Of a DNA stretch of 64,000 nt, positions 45,142 through 54,841 are shown in pieces (positions within the stretch are counted from its first letter, which is position 1; the number at the start of each line of letters is the position of its first letter). Under the pieces are notes generated by a model that was not told the origin of the DNA, searched no databases, and saw only the letters and a program-made list of their open reading frames with translations. This DNA is from Candidatus Taylorbacteria bacterium RIFCSPHIGHO2_02_FULL_46_13 (GTDB lineage: Bacteria; Patescibacteriota; Minisyncoccia; Phycocordibacterales; DSPV01). The position numbers and the translations under genes are program-made. The DNA lies in NCBI GenBank assembly GCA_001821015.1, contig MHRQ01000020.1, forward strand, positions 44,977 to 108,976, given 5' to 3'.

Positions 45142-46275
45142 ATGAAAAACATCCTCTTTGCTTTCAGAGATACCATACTTGCTTTTTGTTACAGGGCATT
45201 CGCACGCCCTATCTTCTTTCGTATAGATCCCGAAGTCGTGCATGACATGACGGTGCGCTTCGGCGCGTTCTTGGGAGAGCGCCGTATCACCCGATGCATC
45301 GTCAGAAGCCTTTTTTCGTACGAGCACCCTATGCTTGAGCAGACGATCCGAGGTGTCCATTTTCAAAACCCTTTGGGACTTGCGGCCGGTTTCGATAAAG
45401 ATGCCTATCTCACGAGTGTAATGGGAGCGGTCGGGTTCGGGTTTGAAGAAATCGGGTCGGTGACTGGGGAAGCTTGCGAGGGTAACCCTAAGCCGCGTCT
45501 CTGGCGCATGCAGAAATCCGAAGGTCTTGTCGTACACTATGGCCTCAAGTCGCAAGGGAGCCAGAAAGTTTCCGAGAGACTTCGTATGAAAACATTCAGC
45601 ATACCGGTGGGCATAAGTATCGCACGAACGAATTCGCAGGATACCATTGAAACTGAGGCGGGGATACAGGATTATCTGAAAGTCTACCAAGCTTTTTCTG
45701 ATAGTGGTGATTATTATACGATCAATATCAGTTGTCCCAATGTCTTTGGTGGCCAACCGTTCACCGACGCCCCCCGGCTTGCGAGGTTGCTCGATGCGAT
45801 AGATGCGTTGCCTAAGAAAAAGCCGATTTTCATAAAACTCTCTCCCGATCTGTCTGAAAAAGAGATTGACGGCATACTCATTGTTGCCTCAACGCATAAG
45901 ATTGACGGGTTTGTATGCACGAATCTTACCAAAGAGCGCAAAGGCAACGAATGTATCCTTGATAAAAACATTCCGAACGAAGGGGGAATGAGCGGGAAAG
46001 TGGTATCTGAAAAATCAGATCGTTTGATTCGGTATATATACCGGAAGTCCCGCGGTGTCTATGATATCATTGGTTGCGGCGGCGTGTTTTCAGCTGACGA
46101 CGCATACCGTAAGATAAAACTCGGAGCATCGCTCATCGAGCTTATAACCGGCATGGTCTACGAGGGTCCCCAAGTCATAAGCGAGATTAACCGAGGTTTG
46201 GTTCGATTGCTAGTAAAAGACGGGTATCGTCATATTTCGGAGGCGGTTGGTGTGGAGAATCGGTTTTCCCATTAG
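45142..46275 (+). CDS. pyrD: Dihydroorotate dehydrogenase, class 2 (quinone)
   Basis: DPEVVH, NPLGLAAGFDK, GNPKPRLWR, NISCPN, IKLSPD and GGMSG motifs. Confidence 0.92.
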   Translation: MKNILFAFRDTILAFCYRAFARPIFFRIDPEVVHDMTVRFGAFLGERRITRCIVRSLFSYEHPMLEQTIRGVHFQNPLGLAAGFDKDAYLTSVMGAVGFGFEEIGSVTGEACEGNPKPRLWRMQKSEGLVVHYGLKSQGSQKVSERLRMKTFSIPVGISIARTNSQDTIETEAGIQDYLKVYQAFSDSGDYYTINISCPNVFGGQPFTDAPRLARLLDAIDALPKKKPIFIKLSPDLSEKEIDGILIVASTHKIDGFVCTNLTKERKGNECILDKNIPNEGGMSGKVVSEKSDRLIRYIYRKSRGVYDIIGCGGVFSADDAYRKIKLGASLIELITGMVYEGPQVISEINRGLVRLLVKDGYRHISEAVGVENRFSH

Positions 46276-46319
46276 TACGACATTTCAAGAAGTGCGGAAT
46301 GTTGAATATAGAAGAGCAT
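46264..46319 (+). repeat. 56-bp direct repeat, copy 2 (contains the pyrD stop)
   Basis: TTTTCCCATTAGTACGACATTTCAAGAAGTGCGGAATGTTGAATATAGAAGAGCAT. Confidence 0.9.
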
Positions 46320-46385
46320 TTTGGATTTAAGAAGAAATCGTTGGAACTTTAAATAATACCATTTGGATAACATCTTAAGGGCACT

Positions 46386-46820
46386 ATGGAAGATAAGAAA
46401 GATAACCTAACTAAGTATGACCTTCATAAAGTTGGGGGTATATTGCTAAAGGAGAGAAAGCTTCTTATATGCAGAACAAAAGGGAAAAAGTCTTTTATTG
46501 CACCTGGAGGAAAATTGAAGAAAGGAGAAGGTGTTATACAGGCATTACAGAGAGAATTAAAAGAAGAGTTGAGTATATCGGTTCTTGACAGTGATATATC
46601 AGAATTCGGAGTATTTTATGCTCCTGCGGCAGAAGATGAAAAAAATATATTACGAATGGATGTATTTTTGGTAAAGAGATGGGAGGGGGCACTTAAGCCG
46701 AGTAGTGAAATAGATGAAATCGCTTGGATTAGTACTAACTTTCCTGAAACCATGAGTATCGGGTCCATCTTCGAGCATCAGGTAATTCCTCGGCTTAAAC
46801 AACGGGGGATGATAGATTAG
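46386..46820 (+). CDS. NUDIX hydrolase
   Basis: PGGK...ALQRELKEEL and PSSEIDEIAW motifs. Confidence 0.88.
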   Translation: MEDKKDNLTKYDLHKVGGILLKERKLLICRTKGKKSFIAPGGKLKKGEGVIQALQRELKEELSISVLDSDISEFGVFYAPAAEDEKNILRMDVFLVKRWEGALKPSSEIDEIAWISTNFPETMSIGSIFEHQVIPRLKQRGMID

Positions 46821-46855
46821 TTTAGTAGTGCAGAGAAACATAAAAAGTACCAAGT

Positions 46856-47422
46856 ATGAAAATTATTTTGGGTTCAGCATCGAAGTGGCGCAAAGGGGTA
46901 ATTGATACGATGGGATTTGAGTATGAAGTTATGTCACCTGATATAGATGAAAAGGCGATACGACTTCGTGACCCTGATAAGCTCGTTTTAGCGCTGGCAG
47001 AGGCGAAGGCTAAGGCGCTTCTTACCAAAGTAAAAGAACCTGCGCTTATAATTACTGGCGATCAAGTGGTTGTCTGGAACGGACAAATTCGTGAGAAACC
47101 ACAAAATGAAAAGGAAGCCGGGTATTTTCTGGAATCTTATTGCGAGCACCCTGCAGAAACTCATAGCGCGGTCATGGTTACTAATACCGCAAACGGTAAA
47201 CATGCGATGGGCGTGGATGTGGCACGTGTCTACTTCAAAAATATACCAAAAGAAATAATAGATGAGGTTGTCAAAAAGGGTGCGATTTACACTACTGCAG
47301 GTGGAATCCAGATGGAAGACGCGCTTCTTGCTCCTTATATAGAGAGAATTGACGGAACCGTTGATAGCCTAAAAGGTTTGCCCAAAGCGTTGCTTACTAA
47401 GCTCATGGAGGAAGTAAAATGA
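46856..47422 (+). CDS. maf: Maf-family nucleotide pyrophosphatase
   Basis: ILGSASKWR, DIDEK, AEAKA, DQVV, REKP and GLP motifs. Confidence 0.92.
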   Translation: MKIILGSASKWRKGVIDTMGFEYEVMSPDIDEKAIRLRDPDKLVLALAEAKAKALLTKVKEPALIITGDQVVVWNGQIREKPQNEKEAGYFLESYCEHPAETHSAVMVTNTANGKHAMGVDVARVYFKNIPKEIIDEVVKKGAIYTTAGGIQMEDALLAPYIERIDGTVDSLKGLPKALLTKLMEEVK

Positions 47423-47883
47423 AAATAACGCTTTGCGGCAGTATTGCGTTCTATAAAGAGATGGAATCGGTGCGAGACCAGCTTTTAAAACTTGGTCACG
47501 TAGTAAAAATACCAGAATTAGCCCTTGAGGTTCCCCAAGAGTTTGGAAGTGGCAAGAAAGTATATTTTGGAAAATATATTGAAGAAAAAGGAGGCATGGA
47601 CGCGTTTCCTGTCGGGCATAAGATATGGAATCTCAAAGAAGGAGCTATTAGAGACCATTACGAGAAAATTGACTGGGCTGATGCCATTTTGGTCGTCAAT
47701 CACGAAAAGCGTGGGATTGAAGGTTATATCGGCGGTAATACACTTATTGAAATCGGTGTTTCCTTTTATTTGAAAAAACCGATTTATATTTTACATCCGG
47801 TGTCTTCTGAACTTTCTTACAAGCAGGAGATTTTAGGAATGAAGCCAATTATGCTGGATGGCGATATTTCAAAAATTAGTTAG
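47419..47883 (+). CDS. Nucleoside 2-deoxyribosyltransferase-like hypothetical protein
   Basis: ITLCGS, ADAILVVN and YIGGNTLIEIG motifs. Confidence 0.55.
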   Translation: MKITLCGSIAFYKEMESVRDQLLKLGHVVKIPELALEVPQEFGSGKKVYFGKYIEEKGGMDAFPVGHKIWNLKEGAIRDHYEKIDWADAILVVNHEKRGIEGYIGGNTLIEIGVSFYLKKPIYILHPVSSELSYKQEILGMKPIMLDGDISKIS

Positions 47884-47884
47884 A

Positions 47885-48331
47885 ATGAGAGGCATGCCAA
47901 AAGATTGCTCATTTTGCAGTAGCCAAGAAATTAAAGATCGTACTATTACGAAAACGGATTTGGTGCGTGTCTTTCCAACGAATATTCCTATTGTCCCGGG
48001 GCATATACTTATAACTTCGATCAGGCACGTCCAAACGATAAACGAGCTTACCATAGAAGAACGTGAAGCGATATTTGCATTAATTGCCACCTTACGGACA
48101 GCATTACAGAAAATATTTGGTGCCGAAGGATTTAATTTTGCGTGGAATGAAGGCGAGTTGGCAGGACAATCTATTCCGCATGTGCATTTACATATGTTGC
48201 CGAGAAAACCTGGTGATGGAGGAATTACTAAATATGAGCCACGCGATTTCTTATATAGGCCCGGTTCACGTGAAGTCTCGCCCGAGGCAGAACTTGCAGA
48301 CGTTGTATCGCTGATACAGAAGGCGTTGTAG
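47885..48331 (+). CDS. HIT-family hydrolase
   Basis: CSFC, PIVPGH and AGQSIPHVHLH motifs; start 47885 or 47894. Confidence 0.9.
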   Translation: MRGMPKDCSFCSSQEIKDRTITKTDLVRVFPTNIPIVPGHILITSIRHVQTINELTIEEREAIFALIATLRTALQKIFGAEGFNFAWNEGELAGQSIPHVHLHMLPRKPGDGGITKYEPRDFLYRPGSREVSPEAELADVVSLIQKAL

Positions 48332-48367
48332 TTGCAAAAAGATAGCAAAGAAAGTTATCATGCCAGG

Positions 48368-49054
48368 ATGAAAGCAGTTATTTTAGCTGCGGGAGAAGGG
48401 AAGCGAATGGGACCGCTCACCGTTGATATACCCAAGCCGATGTTGCGCCTTGCAGGACGCCCGCTTCTTGAGCATTTATTGGAATCGCTTCCTGCATCGG
48501 TTGATGAGGTAATTTTGGTAGTGGGATATCGGGCTGACCAAATTAAAGCTCACTTCGGAGAGCACTTTGGTCGTTTCCGTATTCATTATGTACATCAAGA
48601 AAAACCTGAAGGGACGGCACGAGCGCTCGCACTGTCAAAACATTTGCTTGGTCAAGAAAGATTTCTGTCTTTATATGCTGATGATCTGCATGGCAGGGAT
48701 GACCTGGAGGCGCTTTTAAAGTATCCGCTTTCAGTACTTGTAAAAGAAGTCTCCAACCCGGAGCGTTTTGGTGTGGTGGAGCTTTCCGATAACGGTAAAG
48801 TTGTGTCTATCGTGGAGAAGCCATCAGAGCCGAAGAATAATCTTGTGGTAACTGGCCCTGCAGTGCTTGATAAACGGATTTTTGAATTTGAACCGCCCGA
48901 GCATGCAAGCGGTGAATTTTTTCTTGCTGAGGCTATCGGAAAACTGGTGGAGCATCATCCCGTCGTTGCGGTTGTCCAGAAATTCTGGATGCCGATAGGA
49001 TACCCAAAAGACTTGGAAAAAGCGCAGCTGTGGTTTAAGGTTAAACAAATATGA
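48368..49054 (+). CDS. Sugar-phosphate nucleotidyltransferase family
   Basis: MKAVILAAGEGKRM, PKPML and IVEKP motifs. Confidence 0.9.
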   Translation: MKAVILAAGEGKRMGPLTVDIPKPMLRLAGRPLLEHLLESLPASVDEVILVVGYRADQIKAHFGEHFGRFRIHYVHQEKPEGTARALALSKHLLGQERFLSLYADDLHGRDDLEALLKYPLSVLVKEVSNPERFGVVELSDNGKVVSIVEKPSEPKNNLVVTGPAVLDKRIFEFEPPEHASGEFFLAEAIGKLVEHHPVVAVVQKFWMPIGYPKDLEKAQLWFKVKQI

Positions 49055-50271
49055 AATTATACACACCTCCAAAAAAGATTTTAGAACGATACGCCGATGT
49101 CTTGGTAAACTTTGCGCTTGGCGGCGGGAAGGGAATTAAAAAAGGTGAGGTGGTGCACCTGATTGCATATGAAGCAGCCAAACCTCTCTATCGGGAACTG
49201 AAGATTGCGATTCTGAAAGCCGGCGGGCACGTAATCGGAGACTACCGCCCCGACAGTGGAGACCGGTTCCCGTTTGATAGAGATTTTTTTGAGCACGCAA
49301 AACCGCACCAGCTCGCATTTTTCCCACGCCAATACGCAAAAGGCATGGTGAATCAAGTTGACCACTCAATATTTATTTTAAGCGAAATAGACAAGCACGA
49401 GCTTGAAGGGATTCCTCCGGCAAAAATTATGCAGAGAGGCCTTGCATGGAAGCCGTATATGGATTGGCGACGCGATAAAGAAGACCAAGGAAAGTACACT
49501 TGGACGTTAGCACTATATGGCACTGAAGCTGAAGCAAAAGAAGCGCGGATGTCACTGCCCGCGTATTGGCAGCAAATCATCAAAGCGTGTTTGTTGGATA
49601 AAAAAGATCCGATTGCGGCATGGAAAAAATTGTATCGCGAGCTAGAAAAGACGCGCGCGAAGCTTAATGCACTGCCGATAGAAAAATTGCATATCGTTGG
49701 GCCTGACGCAGACTTGTGGATTCACCTAGGCAAGAAACGAGCGTGGATGGGCGGTAGTGGCCGCAATATTCCAAGTTTTGAATTATTCACGTCGCCCGAT
49801 TGGCGCGGAACTGAAGGGTGGATTCGTTTCAATCAGCCGCTCTATCGCTATGGGGTGCTCATTGAAGGCGTGCAACTTTGGTTTAAAAACGGACATGTGA
49901 TTAAAGCTGCCGCAAAGAAAAATGAGAAAGTGCTCAAAGAAATGATAGCGACAAAGAATGCCGATCGGGTAGGCGAGTATTCTCTGACAGACCGGCGCTT
50001 CTCGCGCATCACGAAATTCATGGCAGAAACGCTCTTTGATGAAAATATCGGTGGGCCGAATGGCAATACGCACTTGGCGCTTGGCAATTCTTACCACGAC
50101 TGTTTTATTGATGACCCCGGCGAGCTTTCTCCAGAAGATTGGCAGGAGTTAGGCTATAACGAATCATCAGTGCACACCGACATCATCTCTACCGCACCTC
50201 GGACCGTCACCGCAGTCATGCGCGATGGTAAAACCAAAATCATCTACAAAAACGGCCAGTTTAAACTCTAA
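49051..50271 (+). CDS. Aminopeptidase, M29 family
   Basis: NIPSFELFTSP, LFDENIG, HLALG and SSVHTD motifs. Confidence 0.9.
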   Translation: MKLYTPPKKILERYADVLVNFALGGGKGIKKGEVVHLIAYEAAKPLYRELKIAILKAGGHVIGDYRPDSGDRFPFDRDFFEHAKPHQLAFFPRQYAKGMVNQVDHSIFILSEIDKHELEGIPPAKIMQRGLAWKPYMDWRRDKEDQGKYTWTLALYGTEAEAKEARMSLPAYWQQIIKACLLDKKDPIAAWKKLYRELEKTRAKLNALPIEKLHIVGPDADLWIHLGKKRAWMGGSGRNIPSFELFTSPDWRGTEGWIRFNQPLYRYGVLIEGVQLWFKNGHVIKAAAKKNEKVLKEMIATKNADRVGEYSLTDRRFSRITKFMAETLFDENIGGPNGNTHLALGNSYHDCFIDDPGELSPEDWQELGYNESSVHTDIISTAPRTVTAVMRDGKTKIIYKNGQFKL

Positions 50272-50285
50272 GGTACAGTATTTTG

Positions 50286-50329
50286 CATATACATTAACTC
50301 TACGCTATAGCGTAGAGTTAATGTATATG
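50286..50329. repeat. 44-bp perfect palindrome with core TACGCTATAGCGTA
   Basis: CATATACATTAACTCTACGCTA|TAGCGTAGAGTTAATGTATATG. Confidence 0.95.
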
Positions 50330-50374
50330 GAGTTTATAGAAGTTAGTGGAATAATTCTCTGGATGTGTGCCAAA

Positions 50375-50406
50375 GAAAAGGCCCAACACCGAAATGTTGG
50401 GCCTTT
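50375..50406 (-). terminator. Intrinsic terminator for the 50434-50961 gene
   Basis: AAAGGCCCAACA-CCGAAA-TGTTGGGCCTTT hairpin. Confidence 0.65.
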
Positions 50407-50433
50407 GCGAAAAGGACTCAGCTGAGTTCCCAG

Positions 50434-50961
50434 TTAGTGAGATTTTGTACTCAACTTTGGGTTCTTGGTTTTCCAACCGCTTGCGAGAAAGATTTCAGCG
50501 ACAGCATATTCGTCTCGCCCTCCCGATGAGGCTTTTGCCTTGAGGTGATCCACAAAGGCATGCGTTAGCAGAAGGTCGTAGGCTGCCGCGACAATCGTTG
50601 TGGCCGCCAACCACTCAAGTGCCAACCCACCACTGACTTCAGGTTCCAATGGAGAACCGTGCCAGGCGTCCTCCAAAGAGGTCCTGCGCAGAGGTATATC
50701 CTTGGAAGTTTCGCCTTTCCCCAGTCCATAGGCGACGATTTTACCAAGAGTGGTGGAATTCCACTCCTTGATATGGTGAAGCACGTTTTGGAAAACGTGC
50801 TGGGAAAAATCCTTCGCGCGAGGATGTTTTTCCAAATCAGTATGGGTGATTTCCAATTCACCCATAATGTTTCGCGTCACGTTGATGAGATACTGCTGAT
50901 CCATACGCTCTTGCGTTCGGATCACAGTTGCACGTGTTGATTGGGTTTTCAATGTTCTCAT
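50434..50961 (-). CDS. Hypothetical protein
   Basis: 175-aa ORF with SD AAAGGAG and a downstream terminator. Confidence 0.65.
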   Translation of the reverse strand: MRTLKTQSTRATVIRTQERMDQQYLINVTRNIMGELEITHTDLEKHPRAKDFSQHVFQNVLHHIKEWNSTTLGKIVAYGLGKGETSKDIPLRRTSLEDAWHGSPLEPEVSGGLALEWLAATTIVAAAYDLLLTHAFVDHLKAKASSGGRDEYAVAEIFLASGWKTKNPKLSTKSH

Positions 50962-51160
50962 GTTTATCTCCTTTCAAGAGATTTCCCATTACCTTTATGG
51001 ATCGCTATACCGAGACATTCGATATTCTGCGATATAAACCGAGAAGGTTTATTAATGGCCCAGCAAGCTTTTGGCAATGCTGATGGGAGAATCCTAGCAT
51101 ATATTAATATATATGTCAAATTAGAAGCCAAATTTAGACGATGTGCTATAATGCTTTTTC

Positions 51161-51898
51161 ATGGCAATTTTAGAGATTCAAAATCTGGTCAAGGAGTTCG
51201 GACCCGTCAAAGCGGTCAATGGCCTTTCTTTTGACGTACAAGAGGGCACTATCACGGGTCTTTTGGGTCCTAATGGTGCTGGCAAAACTACAACTATTCA
51301 GATGATTTTAGATCTCATCACGCCAACCTCTGGCGTTATAAAAATATTCGGCCTACCGATGCAAAAGCATCGGGAAGAGACGCTTGGCAAAATCAACTTT
51401 TCTTCTCCGTATGTTGCCCTACCAGGTAACCTGCGTGTCTGGGAAAATTTGTACACGTTTGCTCGTTTGTACGGTGTAAAAGACATCGCAAAGAAAATTG
51501 ATGACCTCGCCGATTTTTTCAACATTCGCAGTCTCCTTAGCCGCATGACATCCTCTCTTTCAACCGGCCAGCTGACGCGTCTCAACCTTACTAAAGCATT
51601 GCTTAACGACCCGAGACTCCTTTTGCTTGATGAGCCGACGGCTTCACTGGACCCTGACATTGCCGATAAAACGCGGCATATGCTAAAGCGCATACAGAAG
51701 GAGCGTGGAGTTTCTATTCTTTATACCTCGCATAACATGCAAGAAGTTGAGGAAATTTGCGATGAGGTTATTTTCATTGACCAAGGAAAGCTTAAAGATA
51801 GAGGAGTTCCTGCAGAGCTTGTGAAAAAATACGGCCACAAAGACCTCAACGACATATTTTTGGAAATTGCCCGCGCGAATGAACAAGAAGAACTGTAA
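51161..51898 (+). CDS. ABC-2 type transporter ATP-binding protein
   Basis: GPNGAGKTT, LSTGQ, LLLDEPT and SHNM motifs. Confidence 0.93.
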   Translation: MAILEIQNLVKEFGPVKAVNGLSFDVQEGTITGLLGPNGAGKTTTIQMILDLITPTSGVIKIFGLPMQKHREETLGKINFSSPYVALPGNLRVWENLYTFARLYGVKDIAKKIDDLADFFNIRSLLSRMTSSLSTGQLTRLNLTKALLNDPRLLLLDEPTASLDPDIADKTRHMLKRIQKERGVSILYTSHNMQEVEEICDEVIFIDQGKLKDRGVPAELVKKYGHKDLNDIFLEIARANEQEEL

Positions 51899-52013
51899 AA
51901 TGTAAATCTCAAAATGCAAAATGACAATCTAAAATTCAAGATTACAGAACAAAGATACAACGTTTCGTCATTTTGCCGTGCAATTTTCCATTTTGATTTT
52001 TTAATTTTGAATT
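51894..52013. repeat. Inverted pair of degenerate heptamer tandem arrays (CAAAATG / CATTTTG)
   Basis: Left array 51894-51942 and right array 51968-52013. Confidence 0.65.
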
Positions 52014-52019
52014 ATTTCC

Positions 52020-52808
52020 ATGAAATGGCATAGAATCAACGCACTTCTGATACGTCACCTGTATCTCTTCAAGCGCAGTGTACCGCGCTTGATGGACATT
52101 TTCTTTTGGCCTGTGATGGAGCTTCTTTTGTGGGGTTTCATCAGCGTATACATCAGTAAATTAAATATTGCGGGGTTTAATGCGGTGACGGTTCTCCTCG
52201 GCGCAGTGATTTTCTGGGACTTAATGAGTCAGTCACAACGAGCAGTTTCCATCGCATTTTTGGAGGATGTATGGGAGCGCAATTTCTTAAATATTTTCGT
52301 GACCCCCTTGCGTTTAAGTGAGTTTCTCGCTTCAACCGTGATTCTGGCCTTTGTGCGTATTCTTATGGTGGGCGCCGTTATGAGTATTCTTGCAGCCTTG
52401 TTCTATCAATTCAACTTTCTTATGTTCGGACTCTATCTGGTGCCCTTTATGCTGAACCTCTTGATTTTTGGATCGGCAATCGGTTTGTTTACGACGGCTC
52501 TCATTCTTCGCTACGGAACATCGGCGCAAGTGCTCGCTTTCGGGCTGTTGTTTTTGGTTCAACCGTTCTCTGCCGTATTTTATCCTGTCTCAGCGCTTCC
52601 CTCTGCCGTGCAATGGATTTCATACTTGATCCCTTCCACCTATGTGTTTGAAGGAATGCGTGCAGTGATCGCAACCGGTATGTTGCCGACGAGTCTCCTT
52701 CTCGGAGCGATTATCGCAAACATTATTTATTTTGTCGGGCTCTCGTGGTATTTCTACCGGTCATTTGCGGTAGTGAAAAATAAAGGGAAGTTATTGAAGC
52801 TCGACTAG
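52020..52808 (+). CDS. ABC-2 type transporter permease
   Basis: About six TMs; FLEDVWERN, VFYPVSALP and YVFEGMR motifs. Confidence 0.9.
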   Translation: MKWHRINALLIRHLYLFKRSVPRLMDIFFWPVMELLLWGFISVYISKLNIAGFNAVTVLLGAVIFWDLMSQSQRAVSIAFLEDVWERNFLNIFVTPLRLSEFLASTVILAFVRILMVGAVMSILAALFYQFNFLMFGLYLVPFMLNLLIFGSAIGLFTTALILRYGTSAQVLAFGLLFLVQPFSAVFYPVSALPSAVQWISYLIPSTYVFEGMRAVIATGMLPTSLLLGAIIANIIYFVGLSWYFYRSFAVVKNKGKLLKLD

Positions 52809-52824
52809 ATCTCTGTGTTTCGTT

Positions 52825-53301
52825 ATGCGCAAGACTAAAAAGAAAGGAATCATCGTTACTGTCAGTGGGGGGTTCGATCCCTTGCATGTCGGTCACATAA
52901 GATATTTTGAAGTTGCCAAGAAGCTTGGCAGTACACTCGTGGTCATTCTCAACAACGATAATTGGCTCATGAAGAAGAAGGGCTATGTCTTTATGCCGGA
53001 GAGGGAGAGAAAGGAGATTATTGAGGCGCTTCGTGTCGTGGACAGAGTGGTGCTTACTTCTCACCGAAAGAATGATTCAGATGTAAGTGTCTGTAAAGAA
53101 CTCAGAAGGATTAAGCCTGATATTTTTGCCAATGGGGGTGACCGAAAGCCCGACGGTAATCCGGTACCCGAAGTTGGAGTATGTAAAGAGCTCGGTATCA
53201 AAATGGTGTACAACATTGGCAAAGGAGGCAAGATCCAATCCAGCTCGTGGCTTTCGGAAAGTGTAGCGAAAAGGGTGGGGAAGAAAAGTATTAAAAAGTG
53301 A
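52825..53301 (+). CDS. Cytidylyltransferase-like protein (TagD/RibL family)
   Basis: SGGFDPLHVGH, FANGGDR and KIQSSS motifs. Confidence 0.85.
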   Translation: MRKTKKKGIIVTVSGGFDPLHVGHIRYFEVAKKLGSTLVVILNNDNWLMKKKGYVFMPERERKEIIEALRVVDRVVLTSHRKNDSDVSVCKELRRIKPDIFANGGDRKPDGNPVPEVGVCKELGIKMVYNIGKGGKIQSSSWLSESVAKRVGKKSIKK

Positions 53302-53318
53302 GGTATAATACCTAGCGT

Positions 53319-53744
53319 ATGCCACAAGAGAAAAAATCCATATTTGCCCGCTTAGATCACTTTTTTGACAGGTTTGAAGATCATTCTCGAGCGTTCTTAA
53401 GCCGTCATGTGATTATCTATAGTTTGGTAGGCGGTGTCGCGATTGTGTTGTTTTGGCGCGGTGTATGGATGTTGGCAGATGAGGTGGGCCTCTCGTCTAT
53501 TTCTTCAATTATTATCAGCGTTGTCATTTTACTTGCGACAGGCCTCTTCGTCTCATTTTTTGTAGGTGATCGCATTGTGTTGTCTGGATTGCGTCGCGAG
53601 AAAAAAGTCATTGATAAGACGGAGGAAGAACTGAAAGCCGAGTCGGTTACACTTGTTGAAGTGAAAGACGAACTAAAAAAGATAGAAAAGGAGATTGAGC
53701 ATCTAGACGGGAATCATCACGAATCCCACCATAGTTCCACATAA
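53319..53744 (+). CDS. Hypothetical membrane protein with C-terminal coiled coil
   Basis: LFWRGVW motif, two TMs and a charged tail. Confidence 0.7.
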   Translation: MPQEKKSIFARLDHFFDRFEDHSRAFLSRHVIIYSLVGGVAIVLFWRGVWMLADEVGLSSISSIIISVVILLATGLFVSFFVGDRIVLSGLRREKKVIDKTEEELKAESVTLVEVKDELKKIEKEIEHLDGNHHESHHSST

Positions 53745-53795
53745 GTAAGGGGCCCGGTATCGTACTGCCCGAAACCCACCGTGTTTGCATTGAAT

Positions 53796-54686
53796 ATGGA
53801 AAAACGCATCACTATTATTACGCACAGCGGAAGTTTCCATCCTGACGATGTCTTCGCGGTCGCGTCGCTTCTTTTATTGCACGAGGGAAAATCAGTTATG
53901 CCGGAAGTTGTGCGTACTCGCGATCCTCACATACTCCAGACGGGAGATTTCGTCCTTGATGTCGGGGGAGTGTATGATGCATCAACGAATAGGTTTGACC
54001 ATCATCAAATTGACGGAGCGGGGGTACGTCCGAATAGAATCCCGTATGCTTCATTTGGGTTGGTATGGAAAAAGTATGGCGCAGAGATAGCGGGTTCACC
54101 TGAAGTAGCCGGCGAGCTTGAACGACGCTTAGTTATACAGATAGACGCGCTTGATAACGGAGTTGAAGCAGTCGCCCCTCTTATAGAAGGAGTACGACCA
54201 TATTTGGTGAACCACGTTATTTTTTCCTACATACCAACGTGGAAATCAAGCGAGCCGCTTGACGAAGCATTTTTGGTAGCAGTTGGATTCGCAAAAGAAC
54301 TTCTTAAGCGCGAGATACGAAGTGCGGCTGACAAGATTGAAGGAGAGCGCTTTGTAGAAGAGGCTTATCAAAACGCTGTTGATAAGCGCCTCATCATGCT
54401 TGATAGAGAATATTTTTGGGCAGAGCAGCTCGCACGTCATCCTGAACCGCTTTTGGTCATCTATCCTCAAAGGGAGAACTATCATATCAAAGCAGTGCGT
54501 GATAGTCTTGTTTCTTTTAAGACGCGCGTCTCATTCCCAGAGAGTTGGGCGGGGAAACGGGATGTAGAGCTTGCCAAAGTAACCGGAGTGCCAGACGCTT
54601 TCTTTTGTCATAACAAACGGTTTATGGTGGTGGCAGGTTCAAAAGAGGGAGCGCTTGCGCTTGCCCAGAAAGCTCTAAAAGCTTAA
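53796..54686 (+). CDS. MYG1-family protein
   Basis: THSGSFHPDD, DVGG, FDHHQ, ASFGLVW and FCH motifs. Confidence 0.9.
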   Translation: MEKRITIITHSGSFHPDDVFAVASLLLLHEGKSVMPEVVRTRDPHILQTGDFVLDVGGVYDASTNRFDHHQIDGAGVRPNRIPYASFGLVWKKYGAEIAGSPEVAGELERRLVIQIDALDNGVEAVAPLIEGVRPYLVNHVIFSYIPTWKSSEPLDEAFLVAVGFAKELLKREIRSAADKIEGERFVEEAYQNAVDKRLIMLDREYFWAEQLARHPEPLLVIYPQRENYHIKAVRDSLVSFKTRVSFPESWAGKRDVELAKVTGVPDAFFCHNKRFMVVAGSKEGALALAQKALKA

Positions 54687-54841
54687 CGCTTTGGGCTTAC
54701 GGGAGAACGAAAAGCTCTTATATTCGTGAATATCCAGCTGTCATCCTTGTAGGAGTCGAATGAGAAGAAGATGTCTTAATCTTTGCGTTTTTTTACGGAA
54801 AGCTCTAAGCTATAAGCTCTAAGCACCAAGCTTTTCTAACT

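Noticed and set aside
45037-46319. Classical integron attC sites
   Set aside because: No RYYYAAC/GTTRRRY ends and no integron integrase in the window.
52868-52885. tRNA T-loop-like GGTTCGATCCC
   Set aside because: It lies in the GGFDP codons of a CDS and has no cloverleaf around it.
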